A stretch of DNA of 64,000 bases from a bacterium. Lineage in GTDB: Bacteria; SAR324; NAC60-12. Below, in pieces: positions 10,567 to 20,566 of this stretch (its first letter is position 1; each line of letters starts with the position of its first letter). Below the pieces are notes generated by a model. The model saw only the letters and a program-made list of their open reading frames with translations. It was not told where the DNA came from and ran no database searches. A program made the translations under genes and the position numbers. The stretch spans positions 480,001 to 544,000 of the forward strand of contig CBDBHR010000028.1 in assembly GCA_965205865.1 (NCBI GenBank). Reading direction: 5' to 3'.

Positions 10567-11319
10567 ATGATGTTTTCAGAAGACTGGAATTTGGAGGAAT
10601 TGAACAAAAAAGCCGAGCTGATTCTCCAAGGTTTGGAGGCAGAGGGGTGGAGTAAATACATTGTTCTTCCTGCAACTGCAGCAAAATTACCGGCGTCCCG
10701 GGAATATGAAAATGCCGAGACAATCGTGATTGTTTGTTCCGGTTGGCCAGAGGTTGCCGGGGTGTGGGCTTATTCTCTCCTGGAAGAAAGCACTCGGCAA
10801 AATGAATTATTGGACGAGACAACGATGGCGCCTTATTTTCGAGATTTGCCAGGAAATGTAGGACTGATCATTTTAAATCCTCATGCCGAAGGCCTCAAGA
10901 CCCCTCCGGATGCATCGATTCCCAACTACCTGTCCCAATTGGAATATTTATACCAGACCGTACTTCAACCAGAAAAACAAAGAATAGTGCTCTTAGGATA
11001 TTCCCTGGGTGGAGAAGTGATTTTGCGATTTTTGCAGAAGTATAGTGGTTATGCGGAAAAGACCAATCAATTGATTTTCATAGATCCTACTCCTCCCAGT
11101 ATCGGACGTCGTAAATTGAATCCTATAGTGCTAATATTGGTGGAAAAAGCAATTTTTTACGGATTGAGTGATCAGTATGGACACCCGGGGGAATTTGCGG
11201 AATTTACAAAAATGCGCCTTAGGATTCAGCCAACCCTGGTTCCATGTGATTCTCATGGAGCAATGCCGAATCTAATTTGGCCGCGCCTTCAGAAAGAACT
11301 GCAAACCCTTCAGGGTTAA
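10567..11319 (+). CDS. Alpha/beta-hydrolase fold protein
   Basis: Nucleophile elbow GYSLGG, IFIDP strand, C-terminal His (DSHG). Confidence 0.7.
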   Translation: MMFSEDWNLEELNKKAELILQGLEAEGWSKYIVLPATAAKLPASREYENAETIVIVCSGWPEVAGVWAYSLLEESTRQNELLDETTMAPYFRDLPGNVGLIILNPHAEGLKTPPDASIPNYLSQLEYLYQTVLQPEKQRIVLLGYSLGGEVILRFLQKYSGYAEKTNQLIFIDPTPPSIGRRKLNPIVLILVEKAIFYGLSDQYGHPGEFAEFTKMRLRIQPTLVPCDSHGAMPNLIWPRLQKELQTLQG

Positions 11320-11326
11320 TCTTTAT

Positions 11327-12590
11327 ATGTTTTATCTGGACAATGCTGCAACGACTGCTGTTTTGCCTGGTGTGCTAAAAAAGAGCCTTCCATATTTGAC
11401 GGACAATTTTGGAAATCCTTCTTCAATCCATCGTTTCGGAATAGGTGCTGCCAGAGCTGTGAATGAGGCAAGGCTGTCAATTGCCCGCACCTTCCAACTG
11501 CCGACGAAGAATATTATTTTTTGTGGCAGTGGGACCGAATCCAATAATTTAGCTCTTTATGGCATTGCTGGTATTCCTAACCCAAGAAGCAATCAGATCA
11601 ATTGCCCGCACCTTCCAACTGCCGACGAAGAATATTATTTTTTGTGGCAGTGGGACCGAATCCAATAATTTAGCTCTTTATGGCATTGCTGGTATTCCTA
11701 ACCCAAGAAGCAATCAGATCATTGTTTCAAATATCGAACACCCTTGTGTTCTCAAAGCATCAGAAATGCTCCAAAAACAAGGGTTCCAAGTGGATTATAT
11801 CCGCGCTTCTTCGCAAGGATTAATTGATGTTGATCATCTGGAAACTCTAATTTCGGAAAATACCCGACTGGTTTCTTGTATGGCAGTCAACAATGAAATC
11901 GGAACCTTACAGCCATTGCATGAAATCGGAAAAGTAATCAAGCAAAAAAATCCACAGACTCTTTTTCATGTCGATGCGGTCCAGGCGTTTACTAAAGTCG
12001 CTCTTTCGGTAAAAAAATATTTAATAGATTTGCTTTCAATCAGCGGTCATAAAATCGGTGCACCAAAAGGAATTGGAGCTTTGATACTTGTCCATGACAT
12101 TTCTCTAGCCCCTGTTATTGTAGGAGGAGGACAGGAGTATGGCATACGGAGTGGCACCGAAAATGTTTTTGCTATTGTTGCTTTTGGAGAAGCTGTCTAT
12201 CTGAAAGAGCAACGGCGGATTTCTTGTTTTGAAGCCCTAAAAAAATATCGGCAAAATTGGTTGGAGTTTTTAGCAAATGAGTGGCCCCAAGTGAATGTTT
12301 TCCAGTCCCCCCATGTTTTACCTTACTTTCTGAATCTGGCGCTCCCCTCCATTCCTGCTGAAGTGTTTCTACATCATTTGGAATCAGAAAATATTTTTGT
12401 TTCTGCGGGATCCGCCTGTAGTTCCAGAAAAATACAGACCTCTCACGTGCTGCAAGCTATCGGAATGAAATCCGATGTGATTCAGTCCATGATCCGTTTG
12501 AGCTTTTCTGAACACAATCTCTCAGAAAATCAGGAGGAACTATTTCATCGTTTTTCTCGTGCGCTTGCTCAGTTGGAAGAACTGTTATGA
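11327..12590 (+). pseudogene. iscS: Cysteine desulfurase (IscS/NifS family), frameshifted by an internal 121-bp duplication
   Basis: YLDNAATT, GNPSSIH, HVDAVQ, SGHKIGAPKG, SAGSACSS across two ORFs; removing one repeat unit gives a 380-aa frame. Confidence 0.88.
11477..11718. repeat. Perfect tandem duplication, 2 x 121 bp
   Basis: 11477-11597 identical to 11598-11718; TCA microhomology at junctions. Confidence 0.95.
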
Positions 12591-12690
12591 ACTGAGGTGA
12601 TCATGTAAACAGCGCTATCGAATTTGGAAGACGAAATGATTTTAACGTTTCCAGAGTTGAGAGAATTTGTTGAACCACAATTATTTTAAA

Positions 12691-13245
12691 ATGAATCTTC
12701 CCCTTTACTTTGTCACCTCCAATCCTCACAAACTCCGGGAATTTCGGAAAATTCTGGAAATACCTATTGAACATCTGGAACTAGAACTCGATGAAATCCA
12801 AACCACAAATATGGAATCCCTGTTGAAGCATCAATTGAGACAAGCCTATAAAGAATTCCAAAAGCCTCTGTTAGTGGAGGACACGGCTCTTTTTTTCAAT
12901 GCATGGAACAAATTACCCGGTCCTTTTATCAAATGGTTTCTCAGAGAGCAAGGAGTTAATAATTTGGTCAAGGCACTGTCGGTTTTCGAAGACAAGACCG
13001 CAAAAGCCGTTTGTGTTATAGGATACACCAATGGAGAAACTGAGCACCTCTTTGAAGGCGCATTGAAAGGAAGTATTGTTGCACCCCGGGGCAGTCAAGG
13101 ATTTGGTTGGGATAGCATTTTCCAACCTGAAAAATACAGGATAACCTTAGGAGAAATGCAACCTGAGAAAAAGAATAAAATTTCTATGAGACACCTGGCA
13201 TTGGAGCAATTCAGTGAATTCTGGAAAGATAATCCGGAATTATGA
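12691..13245 (+). CDS. rdgB: Non-canonical purine NTP pyrophosphatase (RdgB/HAM1/ITPase)
   Basis: FVTSNPHK, VEDTAL, LPGPFIK, GFGWDSIF, KNKISMR. Confidence 0.9.
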   Translation: MNLPLYFVTSNPHKLREFRKILEIPIEHLELELDEIQTTNMESLLKHQLRQAYKEFQKPLLVEDTALFFNAWNKLPGPFIKWFLREQGVNNLVKALSVFEDKTAKAVCVIGYTNGETEHLFEGALKGSIVAPRGSQGFGWDSIFQPEKYRITLGEMQPEKKNKISMRHLALEQFSEFWKDNPEL

Positions 13246-14187
13246 TGTTGCCGTTTTCAAAATAGATGGTAGGGCAAAAGTTATGTTTTCTTCAACAAGC
13301 AATAATTCCTGGACTTGACTTTGGACGGACATTTTCTTCAGCGAATTGATCGTATCTTGAACGATGTCTTCTGGTGCAGAAGCACCGGCAGTAATGCCAA
13401 TACGTTTTATCCCATTCAACCACTCGGGCTGTATTTCATCAGCAGCTTCTATACGTCTGGCTGGTATTCCATAGGCCTGAGCCACTTCTACCAATCTCAA
13501 CGTGTTGGAACTATTGGGTGCACCCAGTACTAACACGAGATCCACTTGATCCGTCATTGCTTTAACTGCATTCTGGCGATTTTGGGTAGCATAACAAATG
13601 TCTTCTTTAGCAGGACCCTGAATTGAGGGAATTTTTCTTTTTAAAGCAGCAATAATTTCTGCAGTATCATCGAGTGATAAAGTAGTTTGAGTCAAATAAG
13701 CTACTTTTTGATAATAAGGAATTACAAGCTTTTCGACATCCTCAATACTGCTTACCACTAGCATGCAGTATGGTGCTTCTCCCACAGTACCCTGTACTTC
13801 AACATGGTCACGATGGCCAATCAAGATGATTGTATATCCGAATTTTGCATAACGCTGCGCTTCTAAATGGACTTTGGTGACCAACGGGCAAGTTGCATCT
13901 ATAGTTTTCAGTCTCAGTTCTTCTGCTTTTTTTCTGACTGCCGGTGAAACACCGTGCGCGGAAAAAATAATCCATGCTCCTTTGGGAACATTTTCGAGGT
14001 CTTCGACAAAAATCGCACCGTGCTTCTGTAGGCGCTTTACAACATGAGGATTGTGTACAATTTCGTGGCGTATATAAATGGGAGGCCCATATAACTCAAG
14101 TGCTTTTTCAACAATGGTAATGGCACGATCTACGCCGGCACAGAATCCACGTGGTTTGGCTAAGATTAAATCTAAATAGCTTATCAT
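13240..14187 (-). CDS. ispH: 4-hydroxy-3-methylbut-2-enyl diphosphate reductase
   Basis: PRGFCAGVDRAI, DATCPLV, DICYATQNRQ, TAGASAP. Confidence 0.98.
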   Translation of the reverse strand: MISYLDLILAKPRGFCAGVDRAITIVEKALELYGPPIYIRHEIVHNPHVVKRLQKHGAIFVEDLENVPKGAWIIFSAHGVSPAVRKKAEELRLKTIDATCPLVTKVHLEAQRYAKFGYTIILIGHRDHVEVQGTVGEAPYCMLVVSSIEDVEKLVIPYYQKVAYLTQTTLSLDDTAEIIAALKRKIPSIQGPAKEDICYATQNRQNAVKAMTDQVDLVLVLGAPNSSNTLRLVEVAQAYGIPARRIEAADEIQPEWLNGIKRIGITAGASAPEDIVQDTINSLKKMSVQSQVQELLLVEENITFALPSILKTATS

Positions 14188-14211
14188 ATGTCTGTGATGA
14201 ATTTATTATTA

Positions 14212-15414
14212 TATATTGTAAAAAAATATTTGTTAATTATAGACAAATCGGTTATTCTTTTCTCCTCACCCATTAATCAAGGAGGAAAGATGCCAGCGAA
14301 ATTATATCACGTCTGTTTGAAAAAGAGTGAACGCCAAACCCTAGAGAAGCTCACGCATCAAGGTCACGATTCTGCCCGTCGATTGAACCGAGCGCGGATT
14401 CTTCTGTTATCCGACGAGAGCCAGTATGGCGCGCAGCAGAAAGATGATCAAATTGCCTCGCTTCTTGGTATCAGCAGCCAAACTGTAGTCCGTATTCGTC
14501 AACGTTTTTGTAAAGAAGGTCTGGAGTCGGCTATAGGAGAAAAACCCCGTAGTGGAGCCCCTCGCAAACTCTGCGACCTGGCCGAAGCCCATCTGACCGC
14601 CTTAGCCTGTTCTGAAAGTTCGCAAGGTCATGAGCGTTGGACTCTCAGGATGCTCAGTACGAAAGCCGTCGAACTCGGACTGACTGAGAGCATCAGCCAT
14701 GTGACGATTAGAAATGTTTTAAAAAAAGCGATCTCAAACCCTGGCAAAAAAGACAGTGGTGTCTCGGCACCCTAAACAGCGAGTTTTTCCGGAGAATGGA
14801 ACAGTGGCACCACCTCTATGAACTACCCTACGATGAGGCGAGACCGCTGATTTATTGCGATGAATGCCCGTGCCAGCTAATCGGCAATACCCTGCAACCG
14901 ATTGCCATGAAACCCGGAAAAGAGATGCGAGAAAATTATGAATATCAATGCCATGGTACTTGTTCGTTGTTCTTTGCCATTGAACCCCTCACCGGAAGGC
15001 GCTTCTTGGAAATCCGAGAGAGACGCAAAAAAATTTGCTCATTTTATTAAAAAATTAGCCCGGAGCCATCGAAAGGCTCTACAAATTGTGGTGGGCCAAG
15101 ACAATCTGAATACCCATACGCCCGCTTCCTTCCACCAGACCCTTGAGCCGAAAAAGGTCCTTGAATTGGCACAGTGTTTTGAGATGCAGTTTACTCCCAA
15201 AAAAGCCTCGTGGCTGAAATTAACTCTCCGCGTCCGGAAAACAATGTCTCCACCGAAGAATTGCGAATATGAAACTCTCAAAAAAGAACTTGAGGCTTTA
15301 GCAAAAGAACGAAACAAGAAATAGTTTAAAATCCACTGGCGCTTCACAATAAATCACGCCAGAGATAAATTTAAAAACCATTATCATATTATATAAAATT
15401 TAATTAACAATATA
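14212..15414 (+). mobile_element. Degenerate IS630-family insertion sequence
   Basis: Imperfect ends TATATTGT...ACAATATA with TA boundaries; contains a fragmented transposase. Confidence 0.85.
14290..15396 (+). pseudogene. IS630 transposase: HTH orfA, A7 slippery site near 14721, DDE orfB with further lesions
   Basis: RARILLL..RWTLRML; -1 frame KPWQKRQWCL...PYDEARPLIYCDE; QDNLNTH; TPKKASWL; IHWRFT after a premature TAG. Confidence 0.88.
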
Positions 15415-15695
15415 ATAGTAACTGGAAACACTCTATCAAATTTATGGTAAATGTTCTATAAAAGGATTATTTCTTGGACGGTCAGACAATTAATTTGGAA
15501 TTTTCAGTTATCATCAGAATTGGACTAACTACGGTATCAAATGCGACTTTGAAAAAAAAAACTAGGGAGCTTGACTCATGCCGTTTCCCCGGTTTATCGG
15601 ACGATGACAATAACCCTGACGCATTTCAATCAGAAATTGGTATTATAGAGTTCGGGAATCTTTATATTGCAAACCCATTGTAGTGATTTCGCTCA

Positions 15696-17870
15696 ATGAG
15701 AAGGAATTGGATAATACTGGGGTTGGTAGGAATAGCATTGGGGCTAATTTACTTGGAAAAAGCATCCCTCGCTTCTCCAGGAATTTCATGGAAAGAGGTA
15801 AAGCAAATTGATCTTTCCTCGTTCACGTTTCAGAGAGAAACCCTTCAAAACGTGATTCGGGGTTTTATCGATCAATATGCCGTCAGTCCTGAAAAAATTT
15901 TAGTTACTCCTTCCATTTCTGATAGTTTTTCCACATTTCAGTTAAACGCCACTTCTGTTGATACGGCATTTCAATGGTTGCTCACCCGCTATGAACTGGC
16001 AGTGTTTTTTCAGGACAATCGATGGTTGATTCTTCCAAAAAATGAAATTTGGCAGTATCAGCCTTATTACAAGTTAATACCTTCTTCACTGTCACTGGAG
16101 CAGATACTGGATGATTTATCAAGGACAGGTCAGATAACAATTTTATTTGACAGAATTCAGATTCGACCCATCCAGGTACAGCGAAATTTGATTTATCCAA
16201 CGGTAGAAGCAGCACTCAAAGATTTGGCTCAGCAATTCAGATGGTTTATCCAGTATGATTCCCATTTTCATACAATCCGTATTATGGAGGAAAAGCTCGT
16301 TCAAACTGAGAGTATCTTATTGGTGCATATTAGACAGCGGCAGGTCGAAGAATTTTTTGAGGTAGCCGTCCCCTTATTTCAAGATTTACAGCAAGTCCAA
16401 ATTTTTTTTCCTGCAAATCACATTTTGATGTTAAAAGGACAAAAGCAAGAGATTGAAACAATTTTTACCGCAGTGAAACAATTGGACCAAGCACCCCAGG
16501 TATCCTCACTTACCAGTGATTATCATTTTGAAGCTATTGCGCTCCAATCGATGGCCTATGAGGACATAAAACAACATCTGCAAACCGTGTTTCAACAAAA
16601 TCCACATCTTCAAAGTCAACTGTCTCTCAAATGGCAGGTAGAAACATCCGACACCTCCAGTCACTTTGCAGTGGTTTCGCTTTACGGGAAAAAATCTGGC
16701 GTAGAAAAAGTGGCTGATATCATTAGTAAATTGGATCAAACTTTTTTGTTGCGCCATACCTCGGTTATTGACCGCGTGGATCTGGATTATTTGCATGTTA
16801 ACACAAGAAAAATTATCAGTGAAGGAGAGGCTGTTACAAATGAAGGAGCGGAATCAAAGCTCAGGCAGTTTTTACAAGAACTGATTCTGGAGGAAGGCAA
16901 AAAAAATCAATCGATTCACATGATCCCTGATTTTATCGGTAATTCCATAATCCTGGAGGGAACTCCCGAACAAGTGGAAAGAGCTAAACAAGTATTTGAA
17001 ATCTGGGATAAACCTCAACCACTTATCCAAATTGAAGCACATATTTTTGAAACATCCGATACGGTTTCTCGTGAGTTAGGCGTGCAATTCAGTGCTCAGG
17101 GGATTGCCAGCGGAGCAGATGCGCCCAATGTGGAAAGTGCCGGCGTGTTCACAGCAGGGATAACGTTGGGTCCATTGCAGACCACAGAAGCATTTCAGGT
17201 GGATACCTTGCTTCGATTCATGGAAGCCGAAGGAAGAGGTAGAGTACTTTCAAGGCCAATAGTGGTAACGACTAATAATATTGAAGCAGAAATGAGAAGT
17301 GGCGATATTATCAATGTCAAGGTCGTGATCGACAATCAACCAACTCTCAAGGAAATCAAAACAGGGGTGATTTTAAGGGTAACCCCACGCCTCATCGGGG
17401 AAGCAGGGGAAGAAGACAATAGAATCCGATTGAATATTTTTGCGGAAAGCAGCACTCCTATCGGTGAAACAGTCGACGATATCCCACGAATCAATAGTCA
17501 GTCTGCACGGAGCGAAGTGGTAGTTCGTAATGGAGAACCATTTTTGTTGGGAGGGTTGATTCGTACTAACTCCAGTGAATCTGACAGAGGTATTCCCTTG
17601 CTAAAAGATATTCCTTTATTGGGGTATTTCTTCAAAACAGAATCTATCAGTGATCGTTTTAATCATATCTTGGTCTTCGTTACTCCAACTTTGGTTTCGA
17701 TGGATCAAGAAATAAACTTGCCGGATTTTTCAGAATTGGAAGAGATGCTTCAATTGGAATCATTGGATTCCCTTTCAGTGGATCAAGAAATAACGTTACC
17801 GGATTTTTCAGAATTGGAAGAAAGACCCCTGTTAGAAACCTTGGAACCCCTTCCGGAAGAAAGCAAATAA
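15696..17870 (+). CDS. Outer-membrane secretin (GspD/PilQ-like)
   Basis: N-terminal signal, N-domain repeats, secretin core QIEAHIFE...VLSRP...LRVTP...IPLLKDIPLLGYFFK...LVFVTP. Confidence 0.88.
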   Translation: MRRNWIILGLVGIALGLIYLEKASLASPGISWKEVKQIDLSSFTFQRETLQNVIRGFIDQYAVSPEKILVTPSISDSFSTFQLNATSVDTAFQWLLTRYELAVFFQDNRWLILPKNEIWQYQPYYKLIPSSLSLEQILDDLSRTGQITILFDRIQIRPIQVQRNLIYPTVEAALKDLAQQFRWFIQYDSHFHTIRIMEEKLVQTESILLVHIRQRQVEEFFEVAVPLFQDLQQVQIFFPANHILMLKGQKQEIETIFTAVKQLDQAPQVSSLTSDYHFEAIALQSMAYEDIKQHLQTVFQQNPHLQSQLSLKWQVETSDTSSHFAVVSLYGKKSGVEKVADIISKLDQTFLLRHTSVIDRVDLDYLHVNTRKIISEGEAVTNEGAESKLRQFLQELILEEGKKNQSIHMIPDFIGNSIILEGTPEQVERAKQVFEIWDKPQPLIQIEAHIFETSDTVSRELGVQFSAQGIASGADAPNVESAGVFTAGITLGPLQTTEAFQVDTLLRFMEAEGRGRVLSRPIVVTTNNIEAEMRSGDIINVKVVIDNQPTLKEIKTGVILRVTPRLIGEAGEEDNRIRLNIFAESSTPIGETVDDIPRINSQSARSEVVVRNGEPFLLGGLIRTNSSESDRGIPLLKDIPLLGYFFKTESISDRFNHILVFVTPTLVSMDQEINLPDFSELEEMLQLESLDSLSVDQEITLPDFSELEERPLLETLEPLPEESK
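17701..17856 (+). repeat. In-frame 78-bp tandem repeat (x2) in the secretin C-terminus
   Basis: DQEINLPDFSELEE.../DQEITLPDFSELEE... Confidence 0.85.
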
Positions 17871-17965
17871 ATCCGATTTGCTTTGAAAGATTTTGCATTT
17901 AGTTCGAGACTTGAGTCGAGGAATCCTCTCAATATTTACAGGAAAACAGGATCAGAGTAGTTGTC

Positions 17966-18379
17966 ATGTCTTCCGGACCTATAGAACCGTTTGATCAAAG
18001 CGAATATCAATCACGCAAAAAGCGGGAAAAATGTCTGGCTTGGATTTTTATGATTCTGGGAGGGATAGTTATGATAAACAGTTCCTCTCCTGTCCCAATT
18101 CCTATGATGGGAATTTCTTCCATTTTGTTGGGAGGCGCCTTGCTTGCTTATGGCTATTATCAGTTCAAAATTTTTCACAAGCTTCCTTTACATGATGCGC
18201 TACAGTACGCTCATTTCCTGGATAAAAACTTTACGAAAACCGACTTGTTCCTCACGTTTAAACTATCTCCTGAGAAAATAGACGATTTGGTCCGGGAATT
18301 GATTCAAAATGGTTTCATTGAGCCAGTAGATAGTGAACTCCCACCCGAATCGGACATACAGTACCGTGTGATCCATTAA
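17966..18379 (+). CDS. Hypothetical membrane protein (2 TM plus possible winged-helix C-terminus)
   Basis: Two hydrophobic segments followed by LSPEKIDDLVRELIQNGFI. Confidence 0.6.
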   Translation: MSSGPIEPFDQSEYQSRKKREKCLAWIFMILGGIVMINSSSPVPIPMMGISSILLGGALLAYGYYQFKIFHKLPLHDALQYAHFLDKNFTKTDLFLTFKLSPEKIDDLVRELIQNGFIEPVDSELPPESDIQYRVIH

Positions 18380-18389
18380 TAGCCCCTCC

Positions 18390-19478
18390 ATGGATTTTGC
18401 ATCAATGCTGAAATTGAAATTCTCTTGGAAAACGGTTCCTTTTTTTGTTGTTTTATTGTTTCTGTCATTGATTTACGAGACGATAGTTTTAATACGGTTG
18501 GCTATGTATAAGAAAGGGTTCCTACAAGCAAAAAAAGCTGAAGTCTCGATCATCTCAGTGGGAAATCTCACTGTAGGAGGCACCGGAAAAACACCAATGG
18601 TCGATTTTCTGGTTAGGGAATTGAAACAGATGGGAGTCCACACTGCAATTTTAAGTAGAGGATATGGTAATCACACTCAGTCCTCACTGCAAAGAATTCT
18701 CATATCTGAAAAAATTCTCAATACACCGTTCACCTGTGGCGACGAGCCTTATTTGCTGGCTTCCAGAAATCCTTCAGTTCCTGTTTATATAGGACGTAAC
18801 CGGAAATTGTCATCAATTCTCGCGCAGCTTTGGGATCATCCTCAAATGCTTGTGTTGGACGATGGCTATCAGCATTTGCAACTACAACGGGATCTCAACC
18901 TGCTTTTGATCGATGCTGAGCAGGGATTGGGCAACGGGTGTCTCCTGCCATTGGGAGAGCTAAGGGAACCTGCGCATCATTGGCAAAGAGCAGATGCAAT
19001 TATTTTGACAAAAAGCAATCTGGGATTCTCGGATCGAGTACTTCACCAACTTCATAATCAACAAAACATTACTTGTCCCGTATTTAAATTCAATTACGCA
19101 CCTTTTGGTTTAAGACGTCTCGACCGGCAAGAAAACCTGGATTTAGCTGTTCTGCCAAAAAAACGGGTTCTATTGAGTTGTGGCATTGCTCAGCCAGAAG
19201 GATTTACATTGGTTTTGAAGCAGTTGAATGCCGAAGTAGTGGACATGATCTCCTTTGATGACCACTATATCTATTCGCCCCATAAGATAAATTCACTACT
19301 GCAGTATAAACAGAAAATAAATCCGGATTTTTGGATTACTACCGAAAAAGATGCGGTCAAGCTGCAGCAGTTTTCTGATTTGGCAAATGAAGTCTGGGTG
19401 ATGGAAATGCAAATCATACCAGACCCTTACTGGCAAGAATTCTTTATTGATTTTTTAAAGCGAATCGAGTTAAAATGA
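18390..19478 (+). CDS. lpxK: Tetraacyldisaccharide 4'-kinase
   Basis: SVGNLTVGGTGKTP, LSRGYG, GDEP, LDDGYQH, LLPLGELRE, TTEKDAVK. Confidence 0.96.
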   Translation: MDFASMLKLKFSWKTVPFFVVLLFLSLIYETIVLIRLAMYKKGFLQAKKAEVSIISVGNLTVGGTGKTPMVDFLVRELKQMGVHTAILSRGYGNHTQSSLQRILISEKILNTPFTCGDEPYLLASRNPSVPVYIGRNRKLSSILAQLWDHPQMLVLDDGYQHLQLQRDLNLLLIDAEQGLGNGCLLPLGELREPAHHWQRADAIILTKSNLGFSDRVLHQLHNQQNITCPVFKFNYAPFGLRRLDRQENLDLAVLPKKRVLLSCGIAQPEGFTLVLKQLNAEVVDMISFDDHYIYSPHKINSLLQYKQKINPDFWITTEKDAVKLQQFSDLANEVWVMEMQIIPDPYWQEFFIDFLKRIELK

Positions 19479-19544
19479 GCTACTCATGGAATTGATAATC
19501 TATAATCGGATTTGTATCTATCTGTTTGAAATTATAAAGGGGAA

Positions 19545-20063
19545 ATGACTTTACTCACTGTTTACGCGTTCCCGGATTCTATATTGAAACAGATCGCAAA
19601 ACCCATTGAAGTGTTTGATCGGGATCTGGAAAATTTAGCAGATAATATGCTGAATACGATGTATGCTTCCAATGGTATCGGCTTGGCAGCCAATCAAGTT
19701 GGAATTCTGAAACGAATCGTGGTGGTTGATGTTTTCAGTGGTAATGAAGACCAGTCCACTCTGGAACCTCAAGTTTTTGTCAATCCTGAAATTATTGAAG
19801 AATCAGGAGAAGTAGTGACTGAAGAAGGTTGTTTGAGTGTCACTGATTTCAGAGCAGAAGTCAAAAGGGCAGAACAGATCAATCTGAAGTATCAGGATGT
19901 CCATGGCAATCTTCATCAAGTGGCAACGGAGGGCATCAAAGCCATTTGCATTCAGCACGAACTGGACCATTTGAATGGCATCTTGTTTATCGATCATCTT
20001 CCCATGTTAAAGCAAAACATGGTCAAAAAAAGGTTGATCAAACAAGCTCAGAAAACTGTATGA
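19545..20063 (+). CDS. def: Peptide deformylase
   Basis: GIGLAANQVG, EGCLS, QHELDHLNG. Confidence 0.97.
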   Translation: MTLLTVYAFPDSILKQIAKPIEVFDRDLENLADNMLNTMYASNGIGLAANQVGILKRIVVVDVFSGNEDQSTLEPQVFVNPEIIEESGEVVTEEGCLSVTDFRAEVKRAEQINLKYQDVHGNLHQVATEGIKAICIQHELDHLNGILFIDHLPMLKQNMVKKRLIKQAQKTV

Positions 20064-20554
20064 ACCCCAGTATGTCGATTCCGATTCGAAATTTCTATTT
20101 TTTACTTGTTTTTTATGCGGGCTTCACTCTCTTTTGTTCCAGCTTCATTGCCATCGCCCAAGAGGGTGCCCATTCGATTCAATATACACATGCCAAAGTG
20201 ATTACCCCCCAAGGCACTTCAATTGAAGTCGAGATTGCAGATACAATAGAAAAACGTAGACTCGGTTTGAGTTTTCGTACGCAGTTGCCACACGGAAAAG
20301 GAATGCTTTTTATTTTCAACGACAAAAAGAAACATTCCTTCTGGATGAAAAATATGCTCATCCCTCTCGATATTTTATGGATGGATAATCATCGCATTGT
20401 TCACATTGAACATGCCACCGCTCCTCTTCTTCAGAATGAAACCCCCCGTGCTGTTGTCCCTGATAAAAAAGCTAATTTTGTGCTGGAAATTGCGGCAGGT
20501 CAAGCCAAGGTATTGAATCTCAAAGTTGGACAAAAGCTCAAATATCAGTTTTGA
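20060..20554 (+). CDS. DUF192 family exported protein
   Basis: VEIADT..R..GLSFR, GMLFIF, FWMKNMLIPLDI, VLEIAAG. Confidence 0.88.
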   Translation: MNPSMSIPIRNFYFLLVFYAGFTLFCSSFIAIAQEGAHSIQYTHAKVITPQGTSIEVEIADTIEKRRLGLSFRTQLPHGKGMLFIFNDKKKHSFWMKNMLIPLDILWMDNHRIVHIEHATAPLLQNETPRAVVPDKKANFVLEIAAGQAKVLNLKVGQKLKYQF

Positions 20555-20566
20555 AGAAAAGTTCAA

